Position numbers and translations under genes: made by a program | Assembly (NCBI GenBank): GCA_001771135.1 | Contig: MESW01000003.1 | Location: 235,786 to 299,785, forward strand | From: a candidate division CPR3 bacterium GWF2_35_18 | GTDB lineage: Bacteria > Patescibacteriota > CPR3 > GWF2-35-18 | Direction: 5' to 3' | DNA: 64,000 nt | The notes under the pieces: model-generated | Told to the model about the DNA's origin: nothing | Seen by the model: the letters and a program-made list of their open reading frames with translations, nothing else | Database searches by the model: none | Part shown: piece by piece, positions 27,781-36,142 of the stretch | Layout: every line of letters starts with the position of its first letter | How positions within the stretch are numbered: position 1 is the stretch's first letter

Positions 27781-28443
27781 ATGAAAGAAAAACTGAATCT
27801 CAAAACACTAGGTTTGATCTTTGTAGGAATATTAGTTCTAATGTCTATTGGTTATTGTGGAGGATATCTCTACACAAAATATAAAGGTAAAGCAGATAAT
27901 ATAATATCTGATAAGAATCAAGGGACTGTTGAAATAACTAAAAAGGATAATTCAAACCTAAGTATATTCAATAATACCTACTATAACTATAATTTTGAGT
28001 TTCCCAGTGACTGGATTCACAATACCACAACTTCAGAGTATGAAGATGATCCGATTACCTCAAATCAGGTCACAGACATGCATACCTCAAACGGTGAATT
28101 TGTCCAAGTTATGACCTGGAATAACGATCAAGAGGATCTTTCTCTTCTTGAGTGGTATGAGAAATATGATACTACCCATACCATTCTAGATAATCCCCCT
28201 ACAAATACTAATGCTGAGATTGCTGGTTTGAATACAATATTTCTTTACCGTCCTACCTTACAAGCTCCGGCGGATATTACCGTTATCTTCGATAAAGATG
28301 GAACCATCTTCAGACTTTGGTATGTCGCCAACGAAAGCGGAGTTGACTACGAAGACTTCCTACATCTTCTACAAACTTTCGAATTCAATGGTCAGGTAAC
28401 CTCTGATCAAATACCGGAGGTAACAAGAGAAAGCTTAAAATAA
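27781..28443 (+). CDS. Membrane-anchored/secreted protein. Its C-terminal 150-aa domain is duplicated at the N-terminus of 30063-32402.
   Basis: Signal anchor MKEKLNLKTLGLIFVGILVLMSIGY. The domain YNYNFEFPSDWIHNTTTSEYEDDPITSNQVTDMHT...LQTFEFNGQVTSDQIPEVT is about 85 percent identical to the paralog. Confidence 0.6.
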   Translation: MKEKLNLKTLGLIFVGILVLMSIGYCGGYLYTKYKGKADNIISDKNQGTVEITKKDNSNLSIFNNTYYNYNFEFPSDWIHNTTTSEYEDDPITSNQVTDMHTSNGEFVQVMTWNNDQEDLSLLEWYEKYDTTHTILDNPPTNTNAEIAGLNTIFLYRPTLQAPADITVIFDKDGTIFRLWYVANESGVDYEDFLHLLQTFEFNGQVTSDQIPEVTRESLK

Positions 28444-28468
28444 CCCTGCCTTAACATTGCTCATTAAA

Positions 28469-28656
28469 AATTAAATCGTTCGGTGAGAAGTTAGAGAATA
28501 GAAAAAGTATTCTACTTTCTGCTTCTCACCGAAAAAATACGGAGAGATACAATCCATTCCCTTTTTAGTTGACCCCTTAAAAGGTCAGGAGAGAAACTCG
28601 ATGAAGACCCGACAACTGAAATTTCAGCATAAACAAAAGATTTCATATATTTTTTG
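28469..28656 (+). repeat. Conserved approximately 145-bp promoter/leader cassette, copy 1. It has an 11-bp-stem hairpin, a leader, an AGGAGAGA RBS and an ATG, followed by a 21-aa remnant ORF MKTRQLKFQHKQKISYIFCLF.
   Basis: Aligns with 29939-30085. The hairpin is TCGGTGAGAAG...CTTCTCACCGA. Downstream identity is high through ATG plus about 20 nt. Confidence 0.6.
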
Positions 28657-28702
28657 CTTGTTCTGAAAAACATTAAATAAATTATTTTGAAAAGGAAAAT
28701 CT

Positions 28703-29851
28703 ATGAAAGAAAAAATTAACGTCAAAATACTAGGTTCAATTCTCGTCGGAATATTAATCGTTGTTGGAATTAGTTATGGTGGATATAAGTTGTTGAATAA
28801 AGAAAAAGCTAATGAAAATATTAATCAGTCAATTAAAAATGCAGAAATTGCTTTTAGGAGAAATGGAAATGTTTATATTTTAAATGACGGACAAGAAATT
28901 CAATTAACTACTGATGGGAAATGTCTAGTATCATTTACTGAAGATAAAATTAATAATTTTATCAATCCAATTTATGATTACCCTTGTTACAAAATATTAG
29001 ATTCATCAAACCAAAATCTAATCTTACTAAAATATTATAAGTACCCAAAATATCAAGAACAACTATTAGTCTACAGTTTAGATACTCAATCTTTTCATTA
29101 CTTTAATAATAACCCTGATTTTGAAACACCTATTGCTTGGAATACTCAAAAAGATAAATTTGTTTTTAAATCAGAATATAATATCATTAAAGTGGATACA
29201 AATGATTTTTCTGAAGAGAAATTACTTACATATGAACCAATAGTTGGTTGCGGAGGGATGACGAATAGTGAATACGGATTTATATATGATGAAGAGGTTG
29301 GTACTTTCAGAATGACTGGAGGAGAAACTTTAATTTGGGATGAAGATAATAATATAATTGTAACAAATACGAATTGTGATTATTCTGGCATTAAATCTTT
29401 CTATTACCAACAAAATACAAATATTGATTGGCCATATAATCTTGTAAGAGCTAAATCTTCAAATAATAGTTTAAAAGTCGCAATATTTGATGATAAAAAA
29501 TTAGATATATATAACCTTGAGGCACAGATTATTAAGTCATATAAATCTCCTGTGATAGGTAAATTACCACTTTGGACAAATTACGATAGTATAGTTTTCG
29601 TTTCTGATAAAGATATCTGGCAATTTGATATTATTACAGGAGAATTTTTAAAGTTATATTCATTACAAAACGGCTTTCCTGTAAAGCTATCTGTCAAAAA
29701 TAATATCCTCTATTTTTCTATACTTCGTGAATATCAAAACATTACCCAAGTGGATATAGGCTCATTAAGAGAAATATCTAAACTTAATTTGGAAACCAAG
29801 CAATCTATAAAAATTTTAGATAATGCTGATTCTCCAACTGTAATAAAGTGA
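28703..29851 (+). CDS. Membrane-anchored/secreted hypothetical protein (382 aa)
   Basis: Signal anchor MKEKINVKILGSILVGILIVVGISY. Shares the 5' cassette (27748-27800 versus 28668-28725) with gene 27781. Confidence 0.6.
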   Translation: MKEKINVKILGSILVGILIVVGISYGGYKLLNKEKANENINQSIKNAEIAFRRNGNVYILNDGQEIQLTTDGKCLVSFTEDKINNFINPIYDYPCYKILDSSNQNLILLKYYKYPKYQEQLLVYSLDTQSFHYFNNNPDFETPIAWNTQKDKFVFKSEYNIIKVDTNDFSEEKLLTYEPIVGCGGMTNSEYGFIYDEEVGTFRMTGGETLIWDEDNNIIVTNTNCDYSGIKSFYYQQNTNIDWPYNLVRAKSSNNSLKVAIFDDKKLDIYNLEAQIIKSYKSPVIGKLPLWTNYDSIVFVSDKDIWQFDIITGEFLKLYSLQNGFPVKLSVKNNILYFSILREYQNITQVDIGSLREISKLNLETKQSIKILDNADSPTVIK

Positions 29852-29852
29852 T

Positions 29853-29900
29853 ACTCTACGGGTGCCGCTCAGCTTCGCTTCGCTTTACCCGTAGTATTTA
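29853..29900 (+). terminator. Terminator-like hairpin after gene 28703-29851
   Basis: CTACGGGT...ACCCGTAG stem with a GC-rich 23-nt loop, followed by tattta. Confidence 0.3.
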
Positions 29901-29938
29901 GTAAGGAAAGAATAACATACTTGCACCTTTAAAATATC

Positions 29939-30085
29939 ATTCGGTGAGAAAACAGAGGTCAGAACAGAAGTTTCTAACTTCTTCTTCTCACCGAAAAATA
30001 CGGAGAGATACAAAACCCATCCTTTGTTAGTTGACCCTTTAAAAGATCAGGAGAGAGTCTCGATGAGTACCAAACAACTGAATAC
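29939..30085 (+). repeat. Conserved promoter/leader cassette, copy 2, driving the CHAP-domain protein gene
   Basis: The TCGGTGAGAA...TTCTCACCGA hairpin has a different inner loop that keeps its own inner stem. The leader is near-identical through CAGGAGAGAGTCTCGATG. Confidence 0.6.
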
Positions 30086-32402
30086 TGTGTCCACAGGAAG
30101 GCGATACTTTTATCTCGCCCTGGTAGTAACTCTACTTACCAGCGTGATTGGAGCCACTACTACTCAGCCGGTCAAAGCAAATGAAGGAGAACCACCGTCA
30201 AATTACCAAGTCTTTCTGCCTCTGATTCAAAAAGAAACCACAGAAAGTAAATGGCAGCTTTTTCAAAACTCGGAGTATCAATATACCTTTGAATTTCCCA
30301 GTGACTGGATCTACAACACCACAACCTCAGAGTATGAAGATGATCCGATTACCTCAAATCAAGTCACGGACATGCACACCCCAAATGGCGAGTTTGTCCA
30401 AGTTATGACATGGAATAACGATCAGGAAAACCTATCTCTGCTCGAATGGTATGAAAAGTATGATTCTTTTCATACCTCTCTGGATAATCCACCAGCAAAT
30501 CTCAACGCACAAATTGCAGGCTTGGATAGTATATACTTTAATCGTCTTACACTCCAAGCCCCGGCGGATATTACCGCGATCTTTAATAAAGACGGTGCTA
30601 TCTTCAGAATCTGGTATGTGGCTAATGAAGATGGAATTGACTATGAAAACTTTCTGCACCTTCTGCAAACCTTCGAATTTGATGGCCAAACAACCTCCGA
30701 TCAAATTCCAGATGTAACGCCAGACATTTTGGTCAAAGAAGTTTCGCCAAACGCTATCGAAGCCAATACCTGTAATAACAGAACCGATCCCAACGGTAAT
30801 CCATATGCATGTTTATGTAGCGGAGCCTATGGTAACTGCACCTGGTGGGCAAACTATATGCGACCTGACCTCCAAAGTATTAATTTTGGTGATGCTAAAG
30901 ATTGGAATGATGTAGTTTTAAATCATTCAAAACTAAAATACCTCCTTCCAGTCAATGGTACTCCAGAACTTGGCGCCATTGCCGTTTTTGAAGCTTATTA
31001 CCCCTGGGGAGGAATTGGAAACTTAGGACACGTTGCTTATGTCACTGGACACAACTCCCAAGACAACACGATAAGTATCTCTCAGATGTCTTGCGGCACC
31101 AACGGTATCCAGGTATATAACAATATCCCTATTGTTTCCGGACAAATCAGCTTCATTCACGGTTCCCCCACAATCTTTGAACACTCAAATTTTCAAGGAG
31201 ATTGGAGTCGTTTTACAGTTGATCTCCTTAATTACTGGGGTGAAAGATACATGTACTCTGAAGATGGCAACTATGCTTACCTCAATGACAGCGCTTCTTC
31301 AGTATGGATACCTCCAGATTACAGTGTCAGTCTTTTCAAAAATAACAACTGGCAATGCCCAGCAAATACCGGGTACCTTGATAACGGAGATCTATATGGT
31401 AGTGATGGTTACCCAGTTCTGGATACCCGATGGAGTAATTTCACATCACTAATGTTTTCTGATAATACCTCCATGAATGATGCTGTCTCTGGACATCAGA
31501 TTGGACACTTTGTCTGCCTTTCGCCTGGTTGCGGCTCCCTTCAGTCTTTCAATTCGGAATACAATAACGAACATACAAGTCCAGACACAATCTATGGAAT
31601 GTGCAGTGGAGCAACACCACCTCACCTCTATCAAGCGTCAGATCTGGTTGTGCTAAATAACCCTGCTCCCGCAGGTATAGATAATACCTTTACCTTCAGT
31701 ATCTACAATGCTGGTGATCTGACATTCAACATGTCTGAAATCTTTGTCTCTGGACACCTTTATGACGGCGGAGCATGGAAAGCCTGGGCGACTGTCCAAA
31801 ACATTGGACCTGGACAAATAAAGACCTTTATCGCTTCTGCCCCAATGTGGGGAGACAAAATCGGATCCTGGTACATCGATGGGATTGTTTACAAATCTAC
31901 ATCCGGTAATTTCTATAATTTACCTGGAAATGGATTCCTGCAAACTCAAAGCTTCACTGTTTCTAATACCGGAGTTTGGCTGTTTCAAGGGCTTCGATAT
32001 GAAGGAATTGGAGAACGATTTTCAAGTAACGATCCCAATCTTTCTAACAATCGTATCGACAACGATACGACAACATCAATTAAAATCTACACCGGGTGGT
32101 ATACCGTTGTCTGTAAAAATCAAAGTTATGGAGGGAGATGCGAATTTTTTGCTTCCTCAGATAATGATCTGAGAAATAACATCGTTGGGAGTAACACGAT
32201 TTCTTCAATCGTGGTATTAAAAAACTGGATGTTTATCAAAGGATCAACTGCGACAATTTACATCATTGAAAACGGTCAAAAAAAAGGTATTCCTTCCTGG
32301 AAAGAATATCTCTGTCTCGGAGGTCAACCCGGAGGTTATATCACTCTACTTGATACAATAGTGTCTCTTATTCCAACTGGACAGGTAAAACACTGTCCGT
32401 GA
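30063..32402 (+). CDS. Secreted/anchored protein with a duplicated N-terminal domain, a CHAP (cysteine/histidine-dependent amidohydrolase/peptidase) domain and a beta-rich C-terminal region
   Basis: Start revised to the ATG at 30063, which has an AGGAGAGAG RBS. The ORF-track start is an upstream TTG. Signal anchor YFYLALVVTLLTSVIGA. CHAP Cys in GNCTWWANY and His in LGHVAYVTGHN. Confidence 0.7.
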   Translation: MSTKQLNTVSTGRRYFYLALVVTLLTSVIGATTTQPVKANEGEPPSNYQVFLPLIQKETTESKWQLFQNSEYQYTFEFPSDWIYNTTTSEYEDDPITSNQVTDMHTPNGEFVQVMTWNNDQENLSLLEWYEKYDSFHTSLDNPPANLNAQIAGLDSIYFNRLTLQAPADITAIFNKDGAIFRIWYVANEDGIDYENFLHLLQTFEFDGQTTSDQIPDVTPDILVKEVSPNAIEANTCNNRTDPNGNPYACLCSGAYGNCTWWANYMRPDLQSINFGDAKDWNDVVLNHSKLKYLLPVNGTPELGAIAVFEAYYPWGGIGNLGHVAYVTGHNSQDNTISISQMSCGTNGIQVYNNIPIVSGQISFIHGSPTIFEHSNFQGDWSRFTVDLLNYWGERYMYSEDGNYAYLNDSASSVWIPPDYSVSLFKNNNWQCPANTGYLDNGDLYGSDGYPVLDTRWSNFTSLMFSDNTSMNDAVSGHQIGHFVCLSPGCGSLQSFNSEYNNEHTSPDTIYGMCSGATPPHLYQASDLVVLNNPAPAGIDNTFTFSIYNAGDLTFNMSEIFVSGHLYDGGAWKAWATVQNIGPGQIKTFIASAPMWGDKIGSWYIDGIVYKSTSGNFYNLPGNGFLQTQSFTVSNTGVWLFQGLRYEGIGERFSSNDPNLSNNRIDNDTTTSIKIYTGWYTVVCKNQSYGGRCEFFASSDNDLRNNIVGSNTISSIVVLKNWMFIKGSTATIYIIENGQKKGIPSWKEYLCLGGQPGGYITLLDTIVSLIPTGQVKHCP

Positions 32403-32418
32403 AAGGAGAATCACAGAT

Positions 32419-32504
32419 CAGGCTGGGGACAACGGCGATTCCGTTGTACCACAATGACAATCAAGCTTGCTTTCTTTAAAAGCTTTGCTCGTTGTCCCCA
32501 GCCT
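32419..32504. repeat. Palindromic element, copy 1 (GGCTGGGGACAACGG...CCGTTGTCCCCAGCC, 14-bp arms with an inner hairpin)
   Basis: Lies in a convergent intergenic region. The second copy is at 32674-32737. Confidence 0.55.
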
Positions 32505-32673
32505 GTACTTTCTTTGTCTTTCCTCTCCATAAAAATGACAAAGAAAAAAGTATCGTAGATTCAAAATCTACCCGATGAGTCCTCTTTCGCAAAAATTACG
32601 AAGGACGAAATACTTTTGAATTAGTACCAAAAATTGTATAGATTAATAATAAAGTTGTTTTAGGAAAGATTGA

Positions 32674-32737
32674 CAGGCTAGGGACAACGGCTTACCCCGT
32701 TGTACCACCAATGAAGCTTTGCTCGTTGTCCCTAGTC
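32674..32737. repeat. Palindromic element, copy 2 (GGCTAGGGACAACGG...CGTTGTCCCTAGTC). Has compensatory arm changes and an approximately 24-bp internal deletion.
   Basis: G to A in the left arm is matched by C to T in the right arm, which preserves pairing. Confidence 0.55.
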
Positions 32738-32771
32738 TATCTCTTTTCTAAACTAAATTATACTAAATATC

Positions 32772-33335
32772 TCAAAAAAAGCTACTCAAGTCAAAACTCG
32801 GACAATAACAGTCATAATAGATTAAAGCAAAAATTATTAATAAAAGCAATATTCCAATTCCCAAAATCATCGGCCAAAGAGGTTTTTTATATCTTAGATC
32901 TTCTTTCTTTTTTCCTTTTGTAAAGTTCGTTCTAATATTAATCAAATTCAAAATACCAATTCCCAATAACCCTCCCAATATATCAAATCCCATATCGGAA
33001 AACTTCCCAGTACGTGTCGGCACATACATTTGATGAAGTTCATCTGTAACTGCGTATAAAACTGTCAGGACAAAAGAAAGAATAATCGTTGGAAAACGTT
33101 CTTTAAAATTCTGACGCCATTTTTCTAAGACAATTGCACGATAAATCAAAAACCACAATAAACCGTATTCAAAAAGATGTACAAATTTTCGCCGAAAAAA
33201 CTCTGCCTCCGTATCGTCAATTTTCAAATTCGGAATTGAAGACAACCAAAATATTAAGACCATAAAAACAATGGGAGGAAGGTAATAATAAATAAAAATT
33301 TTGAGCTTTGACATAATATATATTATACAAATCAA
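32772..33335 (-). CDS. VanZ-like family membrane protein
   Basis: TDELHQMYVPTRTGKFSDMGFDILGGLLG resembles the VanZ-like (PF04892) core. Multi-TM. Confidence 0.65.
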   Translation of the reverse strand: MICIIYIMSKLKIFIYYYLPPIVFMVLIFWLSSIPNLKIDDTEAEFFRRKFVHLFEYGLLWFLIYRAIVLEKWRQNFKERFPTIILSFVLTVLYAVTDELHQMYVPTRTGKFSDMGFDILGGLLGIGILNLINIRTNFTKGKKKEDLRYKKPLWPMILGIGILLLLIIFALIYYDCYCPSFDLSSFF

Positions 33336-33399
33336 AGTTCAAAACTCAAAATTAAAAACAAAAACCATAATGAAAAGAAATAAAGATATTAGGATATCT

Positions 33400-35457
33400 C
33401 TATATCTTCTTGATTATTTTCAATAATATTCCCATTATTATCGCGATAATTCCTATTTTCAAACCTCTTTTTCCTGTCTTTGGTAACTCAGTAATTGAGC
33501 CTAAAACTGTCCCCGAATCAATCGGAAATTCTGAAACATAAAGATCCTCTTGATATCGTGGCAGAACTCGATATTCTTCTTTGTACTGTGAAACAATTCC
33601 AACAATTTCCGCATAGTAACCCACACGCATTTTGGGTTTATCAATATTTGTCGTATCTTTGATATAAACTTTTATCTCTCCACTACCATCGTTTATATAA
33701 AAGGTATTTCCGGAAGTGGCCACCACCTGCCCGTTTATGATGACTAATTTTCCTTCAGCAATTTCTACAATCTCTCCAGTCTTTTTTGTTTCTGCTATCA
33801 AAGCATCACCATGTGAACTAATTTCTAAAATCGAATCTGATTGCATGTTAAGATAAATCTCATTAAAAGCAACACTTAAAACACCCGAAACTTTAATTTT
33901 ATCCCCAAGGGTTAGAGTGCTGTAATCGCCCCCTTTCAGCTTCACTTTTATTCCCGAAGTAGAATCCTGAACATAGATAATCTTTGAACCCAAAATATCT
34001 GGAGTAGCAGTTAAAATTCCTTGAATTATTATTTCTGTTCCGGAAGGTAAACTTCTCGCTTCTGAAATTGTATATTCTTTCACAACAGCTTTATCTTCAT
34101 CATCATCATCATCATCATCATCATCTTCTTCTTCAATCTCTTCTTCTACAATATTTTCTACCGTGATCACATTTTTGATTTTTGGAGTTGGAGTAGTGCT
34201 AACTTGCCAAATTCCTTTTTCGTCCTTAGCAAAAACTTGATCGGTTTTTAATTTTCCATACGGATACTCTTCGACTAACTTATTATCTGGTGTGAATAAA
34301 CGAATACTATCGCCGTCATTATTAAAAGTAATTCCTGTATCTTTTTGATAAAAGACAAGGTATTCTCCTTGCTTGATTTCTGTATTTTCTGGAATTATGT
34401 ATGAACTACTTCCACCTTCGATATCATCAATAATCCATCCCGTAAGATCGACAGTTTCACTCCCAAAATTATAGAGTTCCACCCATTCGTCATTAGAATC
34501 AGCCACTCCGTTTTTATCGAAGTCCGTGGTTTTCCCCGGATAAGGTAAAATCTCGGAAAGGATAATCTGGTCAGAATAAATAATTTCCTCCACTGTAATA
34601 CTAACAATATTTACGTTTTCTGCCCCACAATCGTCTGTCACTGTTAATTTTACTGAATACGTTCCAACTTCCTTGTAAATATGTGTTACGTTATCCTCAC
34701 TCGTTTCATAATCATCGCCATCTCCAAAATCAAAATAATAGGAAGTGATTTGTCCGTCTGGGTCAGAAGAAAATGAAGCATCAAATTCCACTTCTTGTCT
34801 GACTTTGACAATTTGATCGTATTTTAATTCGGCTATTGGAAGTTGATTCGAAACATAAGACTTTCCGGGCGTTCCATGAATACTTTTGCTGGAAACCCAA
34901 TTTGATGAATCGTTAATTCCATTCAAATCCACTCTTTCCAGACTTTTTCCGAGATCTCCTCCCCAACTCGGATCATAGATAATACTTTCCCATGGAGTTT
35001 CGGAAATGCCAATTTTAAGACTTATTGTATCTACAGTATTTCCAAGTGAAAGACTGTTAACTTGTATTAAGTCTTCTAAATAATCAGGATATCGTGTCAT
35101 GAATTGTATTGGGTTTCGAGCTAAAACAGCATATTGTTGTGAATCCAAAATCATATCTCCTTGATAAGCTGTTTCTTGCAAAGTACGATTAGAGGTTCCG
35201 TCTCCGATTCTCCAAGAGCCAGAAAGCGTCCCACCGATAATCGTTACGGGAGTCAAACCGCGATTGTAGATCTCAATCCATTCAAAATCTGTATCAGAGC
35301 CTTCGGGGTCATACATAATTTCGGAAAAAATAATTTCAGACTCCGCTGCATAAACTGATAATAAAAGGTTATTTTGATTACATAATAACCAGCATAACAA
35401 AACGATAATAAATGAAAATACAAAACGGAAAAGTTTGTTAGAAGTGTGGTGGTACAT
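33400..35457 (-). CDS. LPXTG-anchored surface protein with two lamin-tail domains (LTD), a PKD domain and a poly-Asp/Glu tract
   Basis: N-terminal signal peptide. LTD motifs SEIMYDPEGSDTDFEWIEIYN and SEILPYPG...DEWVELYN. PKD-like FSSDPDGQITSYYFDFGDGD...YSVKLTVTDDCGAE. Acidic tract EEEIEEEDDDDDDDDDEDK. C-terminal LPKTG, a hydrophobic helix and a KIIKKI tail (sortase signal). Confidence 0.8.
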   Translation of the reverse strand: MYHHTSNKLFRFVFSFIIVLLCWLLCNQNNLLLSVYAAESEIIFSEIMYDPEGSDTDFEWIEIYNRGLTPVTIIGGTLSGSWRIGDGTSNRTLQETAYQGDMILDSQQYAVLARNPIQFMTRYPDYLEDLIQVNSLSLGNTVDTISLKIGISETPWESIIYDPSWGGDLGKSLERVDLNGINDSSNWVSSKSIHGTPGKSYVSNQLPIAELKYDQIVKVRQEVEFDASFSSDPDGQITSYYFDFGDGDDYETSEDNVTHIYKEVGTYSVKLTVTDDCGAENVNIVSITVEEIIYSDQIILSEILPYPGKTTDFDKNGVADSNDEWVELYNFGSETVDLTGWIIDDIEGGSSSYIIPENTEIKQGEYLVFYQKDTGITFNNDGDSIRLFTPDNKLVEEYPYGKLKTDQVFAKDEKGIWQVSTTPTPKIKNVITVENIVEEEIEEEDDDDDDDDDEDKAVVKEYTISEARSLPSGTEIIIQGILTATPDILGSKIIYVQDSTSGIKVKLKGGDYSTLTLGDKIKVSGVLSVAFNEIYLNMQSDSILEISSHGDALIAETKKTGEIVEIAEGKLVIINGQVVATSGNTFYINDGSGEIKVYIKDTTNIDKPKMRVGYYAEIVGIVSQYKEEYRVLPRYQEDLYVSEFPIDSGTVLGSITELPKTGKRGLKIGIIAIIMGILLKIIKKI
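34096..34136. repeat. Simple-sequence repeat (ATC)n(TTC)3 encoding the poly-Asp tract
   Basis: Perfect trinucleotide repeat read directly from the sequence. Confidence 0.9.
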
Positions 35458-35528
35458 AATTTTGGGGTTTTAAAGCTATAAAAAATATGATATCCTACAC
35501 TCATAATTTTTGCAAGAAAAATAGCATT

Positions 35529-36023
35529 ATGGCAAAAAAAGTAAAAGTTCTCTTAATTAAACAGGAACCGAAACTGGGACAAAAAGGAGACATTGTAGAA
35601 GTCTCGCACGGCTTTGCCCGTAACTATCTTTTACCCCAAGGTATTGCATTGCTAGCAACACCTGATGTACTAAAAAAGTTTGAAAATGAAAAGACTCAGA
35701 AGAAGGAAAAAAAGCAAGAAGAGCTAACCCTTCTAAAACCGGTATTGGATAAAATTACAAGTAACGGTCTTGAATTTGCCGAACTTACTAATGAAAACGG
35801 ACAACTCTTTGGATCGATAAATGAAGATACCCTGAAAAAAAATCTCTTGCAGAAATATGCATTAAACATCGAAAACAAAGATATAAAAATTAGTGTAAAA
35901 TTAGCTCCAGACAGTAAAAATATCATTAGACACTTAGGATCATACAAAGCAACTTTATCTTTTCACCAGTTTCCAGAGATTACGGTTGATTTTCCCCTTG
36001 ACGTTAAAGCTTTAAAGAGATAA
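35529..36023 (+). CDS. rplI: 50S ribosomal protein L9
   Basis: MAKKVKVLLIKQEPKLGQKGDIVEVSHGFARNYLLPQGIA matches the L9 N-terminal domain. The start is moved to this internal Met of the listed ORF. Confidence 0.85.
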   Translation: MAKKVKVLLIKQEPKLGQKGDIVEVSHGFARNYLLPQGIALLATPDVLKKFENEKTQKKEKKQEELTLLKPVLDKITSNGLEFAELTNENGQLFGSINEDTLKKNLLQKYALNIENKDIKISVKLAPDSKNIIRHLGSYKATLSFHQFPEITVDFPLDVKALKR

Positions 36024-36086
36024 CCGCTATTTTTGCAAATTTTAATCAATTTGCTGTAAACCTCCTAATATTAATACATTTTTCAT

Positions 36087-36107
36087 ATCCCCTACCGGGA
36101 TTTTTTT
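36087..36107 (+). terminator. Rho-independent terminator after rplI
   Basis: ATCCC-ctacc-GGGAT hairpin followed by TTTTTTT. Confidence 0.5.
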
Positions 36108-36142
36108 GCTTAAAATAGGTTTTTGGGGGAAAGTGAAGAGTT

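Noticed and set aside
27955-30725. Possible diversity-generating retroelement (template and variable repeats), given the duplicated 450-nt segment in the two secreted-protein genes
   Set aside because: The mismatches between the copies are ordinary transitions and transversions at all four bases, not adenine-specific. No reverse transcriptase gene lies nearby. This is paralog divergence plus recombination.
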